The notes below the pieces were generated by a model. That model did not search any database. It was not told the origin of the DNA and saw only the letters and a list, made by a program, of their open reading frames with translations. DNA of 64,000 nucleotides, from the IMG/VR virus record IMGVR_UViG_3300028591_000105. The stretch is one strand, 5' to 3'. Shown here piece after piece: positions 47,169-56,787 of the stretch. The position numbers were made by a program, and so were the translations under genes. The stretch comes from an uncultured virus (IMG/VR IMGVR_UViG_3300028591_000105). Taxonomy: Duplodnaviria > Heunggongvirae > Uroviricota > Caudoviricetes. Position 1 is the first letter of the stretch, and each line of letters starts with the position of its first letter.

Positions 47169-47307
47169 TTGACCACCTCCAATATTTTACTGTCTATTTT
47201 AAAGTAATCAATTTATCTCCTATCTCTAACTTCTTTCTTTTAGACATAACCTTTCTCTTTTCTACTTTATAATGAAGAGCCAAATAAAATAAAATGAGGT
47301 GAATAAT

Positions 47308-48993
47308 ATGGCAAAATACGCAAACTTTGATGCTTTCAAAAAAGCATATCTTGGAAAAGCAGTAGACTATGACAACACTGCAGGAGTTCAGTGTGTAGAC
47401 CTTGTTGACCAGTATCTCAAAGATTGTTTTGATATTACTGGTATTTGGGTAACTGGCGCAAGAGACCTCTATAATAAATTCAACTCCTATACTGCTTTAA
47501 CTAAAAAGTTCAAAAGAATTGCAAATACTCGTGACCTTGTCATCAAAAAGGGTGATATAATCGTATGGGGCGGTGGCTCCTGGGGTCATACTGGTATTGG
47601 TACTGGTAATGGTAATATCGACTGGTTCGAATCTCTTGAAGAAAATACTCTTGGAAGACATGAACCAACTCAATTAGTAAAACACTACTTTAATGGTACT
47701 GGCGGCAATGATGGTTGCAATCCAGTTCTTGGTGTTCTTCGTCCTATTACTGAATCTAAGAAAGAAGATACAAAGAAAGAAGATTCTAAGAAAGAAGATT
47801 TTAAGAAAAAGGAAACTTCTACTAAAACTAAAACCATTACAAAAATGGTTATTGACATCTCTGAGTTTCAGCCTTCTATTAACTATGCTAAACTTGCCTC
47901 TGAAGTTGATGGTGTAATTGTCCGCATTGGATACCGTGGTTATGGTAGTGCTGGTACATTAGTAAAGGATAATAAGTTTGATACTCATATGAATGGTATC
48001 AAGAAACATAAAATCCCCTATGGATTCTACTTCTTCTCTCAGGCAAAGAATGAAGCAGAAGGAAAGGCAGAAGCTGATTATGCTTATAAAATTATTAAAG
48101 ATTATGACCCTACCTATCCAGTATATTTTGATAGTGAAGGTTCTACAGAGCCAAATGGAAATGGTAGAGCAGATAAGATAAGTAAATCTGACCGCACTGC
48201 CGCCGCCCTAAGGTTCTGTAAAGAAATAGTAAAGAAAGGTCTTACTGCCGGCGTTTATGCATCCACTAGTTGGTACAACAATAAACTTGATGTATCTAAA
48301 CTTCAAAAATATTCTATTTGGGTAGCTGACTATGGTATAAATAATGGTAGAGCCAATACTAAGCCTTCTATTACTGGAATGAATGCATGGCAGTTTACTT
48401 CTAAGTATAAACTAAGTGCTATTTCTACAGGAGTAGATATGAGTTATTTCTATGAAACTATTCCAAGTGGAGGACTTCATCCTATTGACCCTACGCCTAA
48501 GAAAGAAATTAAGTATACAACTTACTACGCAAATGATAAGACTGGCGTAAACTATCGCAAAACTCCTAATGGTATTCTTGTTGGTACTTATAAATATGGT
48601 GCTGCAGTAACAGTAGTTAATGGAAGTGCAACTGCTAAGGCAGGATACACCTGGCTTAAAACAAAGAGTGGATATTGGGTAGCTAAAGAACTTCTTAGTA
48701 AGACTAAGCCCTCTACTGTATCTATTGCTAAATATACTAAAGGTAAATCCTATACCCTTCAAGTAGATTTAAAAGTACGCACTGGTGCAGGTACCTCTTA
48801 TGCTCAAAAGAATAGAAAAGACCTTTCTGCTTCTGATAAGAAAAATAGTTATAATCAGACAAAAGCAGTTTTAAAGAAGGGGACAAAAATTACTGCGACT
48901 GAAGTTAAAGCTATTGATAGCAAAAATGTATGGATTAAATGTTCTGCTGGATGGCTTAATGCTATCAATAATGGAACTATTTACATAAAGTAA
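47308..48993 (+). CDS. Modular endolysin: CHAP + GH25 muramidase + SH3-like domains
   Basis: QCVDL...WGHTG (CHAP); IDISEFQ, YFFS, FDSE, WVADY, WQFTS, VDM (GH25); two SH3b-like C-terminal units. Confidence 0.92.
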   Translation: MAKYANFDAFKKAYLGKAVDYDNTAGVQCVDLVDQYLKDCFDITGIWVTGARDLYNKFNSYTALTKKFKRIANTRDLVIKKGDIIVWGGGSWGHTGIGTGNGNIDWFESLEENTLGRHEPTQLVKHYFNGTGGNDGCNPVLGVLRPITESKKEDTKKEDSKKEDFKKKETSTKTKTITKMVIDISEFQPSINYAKLASEVDGVIVRIGYRGYGSAGTLVKDNKFDTHMNGIKKHKIPYGFYFFSQAKNEAEGKAEADYAYKIIKDYDPTYPVYFDSEGSTEPNGNGRADKISKSDRTAAALRFCKEIVKKGLTAGVYASTSWYNNKLDVSKLQKYSIWVADYGINNGRANTKPSITGMNAWQFTSKYKLSAISTGVDMSYFYETIPSGGLHPIDPTPKKEIKYTTYYANDKTGVNYRKTPNGILVGTYKYGAAVTVVNGSATAKAGYTWLKTKSGYWVAKELLSKTKPSTVSIAKYTKGKSYTLQVDLKVRTGAGTSYAQKNRKDLSASDKKNSYNQTKAVLKKGTKITATEVKAIDSKNVWIKCSAGWLNAINNGTIYIK

Positions 48994-48994
48994 G

Positions 48995-49822
48995 ATGCCC
49001 TTAACTCCAATAAGAAAAGAGTTTCTTAATTTACCTATTAAACAATATATTATTACAGCGCCGTCATCTTAGGCGGCGCCGTTTAATATATTTATTTATT
49101 AGCTTCCAGATTTACCTTAGTAGTTTAATACAAGTTTGGCTGAATACTATGTGAGATGTTAGAAATTTAATAGATTAAAATAGTTCAAAGCAAATTACTA
49201 TGTGGATAACTTATCCATATGGGAAACTTCGCCGCCCTAGGGTAAAATAGTAAGGGTTGCTATTTGTGGTACAAAGGAAAGAACTTATAAGAAAACAGTT
49301 AAATTGATTACTAATTTAGCTCAGTATTTGACTATACCTCAAGAGTAGATAAAATTAAGATTTTCTAATGAGAACTTTTCTTTATTACTAAGCGCCGCGA
49401 TGGAAAAAATTAGACTCCCACATAAGGAAATTTCACATTAGGATTTTTTCCAAGAGCCGGCGGCGTACGACAAGGAAGTACAACTAACTTATAAAATGTA
49501 GGTAGATAATAATTGGACAGAAACTTCTATAGGTAAACCCTTACATGGTCTTAAATTTTCTATCACTCAAGGCAAATTTTTATTCCGAATATGGTCTGGC
49601 GGCACTTGGTATCCTTGGACAGACTCAAAAGTCGAAAATCTTTCATCTATTGAAGGTTTCCAATTTGAATTACAAGATTTGCCTAATTACAACTTATTCT
49701 TTAGAGTTCATTTTCTAAATGAAAACTGGACAAAATGGAAAGACAAATATATCTCTATACCTTATCAAAAAACTATTGATAGTATAGAGCTTAAATTAAA
49801 AAGGAGGGATAATGATGATTGA
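48995..49822 (+). CDS. TAG-rich lysis-cassette protein: degenerate amidase-like N-terminus + ChW-like Trp repeats
   Basis: 275-aa frame with 10 TAG; ANYYVDNLSIWE; WYPW, FRVH...WTKW, IEGFQ/IDSIEL; coupled to both neighbours. Confidence 0.65.
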
Positions 49823-50150
49823 AAGTATTCTAGGTTTATCAATAGGGTCAACATTAGCAGACTTAGGTGCTCTTGCGGCACTTACTACAATAATTACAGA
49901 AGTACTTAAAAAGATTCTTCCTGATAGTATTCCCACAAAACTTGTTGCAATAATTACTGCTATTATCCTTAGTGTTGTTGCAGCCATACTACTTTATGGT
50001 TTCTTATTTAAAACTATTATAATTGGTTTAGTAATGGGATTTGTAGTAGCCTTCGTTGCAATGAATGGCTTTGACTCACTTAGTGAGATTTGGAATAGAT
50101 TTACAGTTGGCTCCATTTCAGAAGAAGAAGAAAAAGAAGGAGAAGGATGA
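49812..50150 (+). CDS. Holin
   Basis: Three TM helices, acidic C-tail, downstream of endolysin. Confidence 0.75.
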   Translation: MMIESILGLSIGSTLADLGALAALTTIITEVLKKILPDSIPTKLVAIITAIILSVVAAILLYGFLFKTIIIGLVMGFVVAFVAMNGFDSLSEIWNRFTVGSISEEEEKEGEG

Positions 50151-50380
50151 TGGCAAGTACACTAGAACTAACAGAAGCAATGTGGGATGAGAACTCTAGT
50201 GAACTCTATAAAAATTGTAAACCTATTACATTAACTATTACAGCCAATAATCTCTCTACTTCTGAAACTCTATATGTTCATAAGTGTGAAGAAATAGAAC
50301 ATCATAAAAAGATAAGTAGAGACGAATATAATAACTTAGAACAAATAGATAACAATACAATTTATTTTATACCAGATTAA
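50147..50380 (+). CDS. Small protein with EYNNL...NTIYFI tail-like motif
   Basis: 77-aa ORF overlapping holin stop. Confidence 0.55.
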   Translation: MMASTLELTEAMWDENSSELYKNCKPITLTITANNLSTSETLYVHKCEEIEHHKKISRDEYNNLEQIDNNTIYFIPD

Positions 50381-50452
50381 GAAGTCAATCCTTGACTTCT
50401 TTTCTCTTTTATGATATAATATTTATATATCATAAATATGGAGGTACCAGTT

Positions 50453-51559
50453 ATGGATTTAGATATAAGACAAAGAAAAGTAGTTGAAAGTGAAGATGCA
50501 CACATACTATGCCTAGCTTCAGCAGGCGCAGGCAAAACTCGTGTGCTCACTGAACGAGTTAGATACTTGATAAAAGAACGTTAGGTAGACCCAATGAAAA
50601 TTGTAGCAATCACATTTACTAACCTAGCAAGTGAAGAAATGAGAAAGCGTCTGGCAGATGTAGCTCAAGGTGTATGGATAGGTACTATTCATTCCTATGC
50701 AAATTATTTATGTATTAAAAATGGATTGGATACTCAACAATATATAGATAATTTTGAGTACGATAAAATATTAGAAAAAGCGCTCACCTTACACCGGCGC
50801 AGTAGTTTCGATGAAATAGACTATCTTTTAGTTGATGAATGTCAAGATTTGTCTAAATTAGAAGTCCAATTTTTATCTCGACTTCCAGTAAAGAACGATT
50901 TCTATGTAGGAGATGAAAGACAAGCCATCTATGGTTTTAAAGGTTGCTCTGATGAGTTTTTACGAGAACTTACAAATAATCCAGATTATACCAAATATTT
51001 TCTTACAATGAACTATCGTAATGCACCTAATATAATCTCCAAAGCAAATAGCTATCTTTATTCTTATGATGCTATTAGCCCTGCTCCACAAGCCGTAAAA
51101 ACAAAAAATGGATATGTGGATGAATGTTCATTTGGAGAAGCTCTTGAAGATTTAATTGATTCAGGCAATTGGGGTTTATGGTTTATTCTTGCACGAACAA
51201 ATGTTGAGATAGATGCAATCATGGATATACTTGAATCAAATGAAATTCCTTGTGTTACATTTAAAAAAGGAGACCTTAATGAAATGGAACTAGAAGAACT
51301 TCTTGCTGAAAATCGAGTAAAAGTTCTTACTATTCATAGTGCTAAGGGTCTTGAATGTAAACGAGCAATTATGTGCGGAGCAAGAACTTATAACGAAGAA
51401 GAACGAAAAATCGCTTATGTTGGTGCTACTAGACCAGAAAATACTTTATACATATGTCCTTCTGTACGACATCGAAAAAAGAAAGAAGGACCCATGTCTC
51501 GCCGGACGGCGGCTGGAGATACTTTTGGTAAAACATCCCAAAAGATGGTTACGTTTTGA
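50453..51559 (+). CDS. UvrD/PcrA-like SF1 helicase (compact)
   Basis: ASAGAGKT, TFTN, VDECQD, GDERQAIYGF, NYR, TIHSAKGLE, YVGATR. Confidence 0.9.
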
Positions 51560-52047
51560 AAAATTATATACTTTGTGATAACGATGATACTCATATTGAA
51601 ATTGCAGGCTGGTTTCATGAATTGGCTAAAGAGTTAGGAGTAAAGCAATTTACAATTAGTCGAACTGATTGTGAACCTATTTTATATGAAGTTCTTAGTA
51701 CAATGGAAAAGAAAGGTATTATTTTAAAAAATATTGTTATGGCTCCAAATGTGCCTATTATTGAATATTAGAAATATTTAGCTTTAAATGAACCTTATGA
51801 TTTTTTTAATGAACCAGTTTGTTTAATTTCCACATATGAAAATATAGTAAAAAATAAACAAGAAATTATAACAGGTATAGAAGAATTTTCTACCAAAGAA
51901 ATTTAGTTTTATTGTGATATATTTCCTGAACCTATTTATTAGGTTGCAGGCTATATAGTAGCCATAATGAAAGATAAAGATGCCATTTTTCTTTTTGGCT
52001 ACGAAAATAATAAAAAGGAGGAAGATAGTAATGAAGAATACTATTAA
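51556..52047 (+). CDS. Hypothetical protein
   Basis: Extends through TAGs to overlap next start. Confidence 0.6.
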
Positions 52048-52924
52048 AATTGTAGCAACTGCTTTAGTATCGTTAATGATTCTAAGCAGTTGTGGTAAGG
52101 AGGTTGAGAAAAGTCCGATTTCGGACTTCTCCAGTACAACTGCATTAACGACAGTTAATGCAGACAGTCAAAATGACACAGAAGAAATTGTAACTACAAC
52201 AATATCTCCTATCCAAAAGGTAGATAAGGTAAAAGATGCGGTAACAAAAACTTCTTCTTTACCTGACCAAATTATTCCTGAAATTACAACTATTACTACT
52301 ACTGTTACTTACAAAGAATATGATGTACCAGATTACATCAAACCAGATAATAAAGAAATTGTCGATGATAATAGTAATAAAGACTATTATCGCTATATGT
52401 ACAAGCCAGATACTCACTATGTACATCGTGCAACCTGTCATTGGATAGATGATACATGTTATGAAATTACGAGTACTGAAGGCTTAGAGGTAAGACTTTG
52501 CTCAGAATGCAATCCGGATATTACGGTTGAAAAAGAATATAAAGAAAAGAAAAAGACTACCACTACTCAACCTGCCGCAACCCCTGGTGATACTTATGCT
52601 GATGCTTGGCCTGAAGATCAAAGATTAAGCCCTTATAATGGAACTATTGAAGGCCCAAGTGGAAAGGAGACATATTATAACTTAGATATGTCTGGGGTTA
52701 TTAGTATTATGCGAGGTATGGGATTTGATGAGGAAAATTATCCTTATTGGGTACGAGATGATGGCTGTAAAATGCTAGGAGATTATATTATGTGCGCCGC
52801 CAGTCTCGATATTCACCCGAGGGGAACTACTGTTCTTTCTTCTCTAGGTATGTGTTTAGTATGTGACACTGGTGGTTTTGCATACTCTAACCCATATCAG
52901 TTAGATATTGCAGTGACGTGGTAA
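52031..52924 (+). CDS. Lipoprotein with C-terminal 3D-like (peptidoglycan-related) domain
   Basis: Lipobox LSSC; Thr-rich linker; HRATC...CSEC metal motif; CDTGGF...LDIAV. Confidence 0.7.
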   Translation: MKNTIKIVATALVSLMILSSCGKEVEKSPISDFSSTTALTTVNADSQNDTEEIVTTTISPIQKVDKVKDAVTKTSSLPDQIIPEITTITTTVTYKEYDVPDYIKPDNKEIVDDNSNKDYYRYMYKPDTHYVHRATCHWIDDTCYEITSTEGLEVRLCSECNPDITVEKEYKEKKKTTTTQPAATPGDTYADAWPEDQRLSPYNGTIEGPSGKETYYNLDMSGVISIMRGMGFDEENYPYWVRDDGCKMLGDYIMCAASLDIHPRGTTVLSSLGMCLVCDTGGFAYSNPYQLDIAVTW

Positions 52925-52952
52925 CGTAGCTAACTAATGCAGAGGTGATCTA

Positions 52953-53195
52953 ATGTATACTTTTAATTATTAGCTAAAGAATAATTTAACAGGTAGATAG
53001 GCATCATTATTTAACTGGCAATTAAATGAGCTACCTTTTCCAATTCATGTTAAAAAAGATGATACTCATATTCTTAATGCTAAGTCATTAATAGGAATTT
53101 TGAGTGGAAATTTTCTTGCTAAAACAATTATAACTTTCATAGTTGCCTCAGAAGATTAGGCAATTGAATTAAAACAAAAAATTCAAGACTTTTAA
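52953..53195 (+). CDS. HPr-like protein lacking His15
   Basis: NLTGRQASLF (cf. GLHxRPA), LNAKSLIGIL (Ser46 motif); three TAG=Gln. Confidence 0.7.
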
Positions 53196-53308
53196 AAGTA
53201 ATAGCGAATTAGAATTTGTTTTCTAGTTCGCTATTTTATTATTTGACTTTAGTTCTATTCTATGATATAATAATTTTAGAAATAAAAATGAAAGGTGGTT
53301 GATGTGAA

Positions 53309-54004
53309 ATGGCAAGACTTTCTGATTCAACTATTCAGCAAATTCCAAAACTTTATGCGGAATTAGGAACCTATAAAGCAGTGGCAGAATAGTTAAAAAT
53401 TAGTCCTACTACTGTAAGTAAATATATGAAAAAATTTAAAGGAAATATACCCAGTGCCGGCCAAACAAACATTACAAAAGAGTTGGAGCAAGAAATTAAT
53501 GATTACTTTGCTTTTTCATTGAATTTAAGTGAAACAGCAAGAAAATTTAATATTAGTCCAACAACTGTTAAAAGACATTTAACAGATGAAAATTTAGTTG
53601 CTGCGGCGGCGTAGAGTGAGGACAAAGATAATTTAGTAGTATATATTGAAAAATTATTTAATTAGCCAATAAGTAAATGGAATATTATTCAAATTTCAAA
53701 ATTTAAAAATAATGGAATGAACTATAAGGCACAATTGTTAACTTTAAAATATTGGTTTGAAGTACTTGGCAATACTACTGAAAAATCCAATAATAGTATT
53801 GGAATTATTCCATATTAGATAGACAATGCACGTACTTATTATATGAATAAAGTTCGTCAGCATAAATTAAACGAAGAAAAACTTAAAAAACAAAAATCAA
53901 ATGAGCACATTATAATTACTCATACACCAGGAGATTACTTTGTGCCGCCAAACCATGAGAAAAATCTAATAAATCTTGATGATTTGAGGGATATAAATGA
54001 TTGA
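53309..54004 (+). CDS. Tandem HTH protein upstream of helicase
   Basis: YKAVAEQLKISPTTVSKY and LSETARKFNISPTTVKRH. Confidence 0.7.
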
Positions 54005-55718
54005 AATTCCACGTCAGACAATACTTCAATTATTAGGAAGTTTAATGAAAGAACCAGATTTATTTGTTCAAACAGATAAATATAAACTCAGTCCAAAAGA
54101 TTTTACTCGATTATTAGATAGATATGTCTTTTCCACTATTTATAATCTTTACTCAAATGGTGCTAAACAAATTCATATTATTGATATAGATACTCAAATT
54201 CAAACAAATCCTGCAGCAAAGGCTACTTATGAACAAGAAAATGGATTACGTTTTATACAAGATTGTGAAGAGTTTAGTGACCCATAGAATTTTGATTATT
54301 ATTATAATCAATTTCGTAAAATAAATTTATTACGAAGCCTATAGAAACAAGGAACAGATATTAGCTAGTTTTATAGCGATAATCCTTTAGATAAAGATTA
54401 TCTTCAAATAAATTAGAAATTTGAAACATTAACTTGTAAAGACATATTGGAATCTTTAAAAGGAGACATTGCTACCCTTGAAAATGAATATGCTGTAGAT
54501 ACAACTATAGAAGAAATGAATGCATTTCAAGGTATTAGAGAGTTGATAGAAACCCTTAAAATCAAACCTGAAACAGGCTCACCTATGCAAGGTGATTATT
54601 TTAATACAGTTTCCCGAGGTGCTAGATTAGGAAAACTATATCTAAGATCTGCATCGTCTGGAGTTGGTAAAACCCGCACAATGGTTGGGGATAGTTGTAA
54701 AATGGCTTTTCCTATTAGGTATGATAGAAAGCAAGGTAAATGGGTAAGCACAGGCTCTTGTGAACGAGTTGTTTACATTGCAACAGAGCAAGACGTTGCG
54801 GAAATTCAAACTATGATATTAGCTTATTTAACAGATATTAATGAAGAAGCATTTTTGTATGGTAGATTTGATTTAGTTGATATGCAACTTATTACAAAAG
54901 CAATTGATATTATGGAAAGATTTCAAAATAATCTTTGGTTAGTTAGAGTGTCTGACCCTAGCGCCGGCGTAGTAAAAAATGTAATCAGAAAATATCATAA
55001 ACAAAAACAAGTTAATTATGTTTTTTATGATTATATCTTTAGCTCTCCAGCGATGCTAGCTGAATACCGTGATTTGGGGTTAAGAGAGGATGTGGTACTC
55101 AGACTCTTCATCACGGAGTTGAAGAACCTCGCCGTTGAATTGAATATCTTTATACTTACATCTACACAAACAAGTAATGATGATGGCGGCGGTGGATTTA
55201 AAGATTATCATAATGTACGTGGCTCAAAAGCATTAGTAGATTTGTGTGACTTAGCTTGTATTATGTCACGCCCCACATCGGAAGAAATTGAGGCGCTTAG
55301 AACCGAAAATCCCGACTTAAATTACTCTCCTAATATTGTAATAGATGTCTATAAAAATAGAAGAGGAAGATGGACTCAAATACGAATTTGGGGTTGTAAT
55401 GATTTAGGTACTTGTAGACGAGAAGAAGTTTTCGTTACAGATATAAAAAATGTTCCAATCGAAGATTTTACCTTAATAGATTTTCATATAGATAATGCTA
55501 ATATAAATCTAAATGAGCTTGAAGAATATTATAATGATGGAGTAATACCATCTCAAAATCAAGAGCTATTAGTAGATACTTTTGTAGAAATAGTTCATGA
55601 TAGTCAACAAGCACATGCGGAAAGAGAAGATGATTTTTTCATTACAGATGCTTTTGATAATCAAATTGATACTTATAAAAGAGCAAAGAAAAGGAGTTTA
55701 AGTAGTTACTTTGATTGA
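53997..55718 (+). CDS. dnaB: Replicative DnaB-like helicase
   Basis: SASSGVGKT, YDYI, LKNLAVELN, STQ, KNRRG; joined via TAG=Gln. Confidence 0.85.
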
Positions 55719-56775
55719 TAAGGATAAATTAGTTCAAAGTTTAACATCTGAGGATATCATTGAAATAGCTAAAGACCTAGGTTGTGATGACTATGTAGAA
55801 AAAGAAAGAGAGCTTATTTTTCCTACTTTTTGTCATCACGCCAATGCCGCAGATGGTTCACATAAACTTTATTACTATAAAAAAGACCATAGATTCTGTT
55901 GCTATACTTGTTGCGGCACTTTTGACATAATCGGTTTGTTGTGCCGGCGCTATGAAACTCTTGGTATAGAATATGACTTCTATAAAGATGTTTTGCTTAA
56001 ACTATCGGAAAAGGCGAATATTAGCGTAATAAAGACAATGCCGTCCTTTATCGATCCTTATGAAAACATTGGTGATAGATATAAACCAAAAGTAGTAGAT
56101 ATTGTAATGCCACCTTTAGACCCTGCTATTCTTAATTCATTTATTTTTTATCCTACACCAGAATGGTTAAATGATGGAATAGGAAAAGAAGCAATGAAAC
56201 TTTACGGTATAAAATATTCAATTAATGAAAATAAAATTATTATACCTCATTATAATAATAAAGGCGATTTAGTTGGTATTCGTGGAAGGGCATTAAATAA
56301 AGAAGAATAGGACAATAAATACATGCCGATTAGTATTAATGGAAATATCTATAGCCATCCATTGGGATATAATCTTTATGGATTGAATATGGTATCAGGT
56401 AATATTAAACGTTTAGGTATGGCAATTATAGTTGAAGCAGAAAAATCCGTACTCTAGTATGATACTATGTTTGGTCATCATGATAATATTTGTGTAGCAA
56501 CTTGCGGCAGTTCATTACATGATTATCAAATTAATCTATTACTTCATGCCGGCGCAAGGAAAATTCTTCTTGCTTATGATAAAGAAGGTCAGACGCCAGA
56601 AGAGGCAGAAAAGTATTATAAAAAATTAAATCATATTTGCAGTGCGTATAAAAATAAAGTTCAAATAGGTTATATTCAAGATATGGAGAATTTACTTGAT
56701 TTAAAAGATTCTCCGACAGATAAAGGAAAAGAAGTATTCTTAAAATTATATTGGAAAAATACAATTTGGATATAA
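55711..56775 (+). CDS. dnaG: DNA primase (Zn finger + TOPRIM)
   Basis: CHH...CYTCC, IIIPH...GIRGR, LYGL, VEAEKS, AYDKE, KDSP. Confidence 0.85.
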
Positions 56776-56787
56776 GGAGGAACAATA

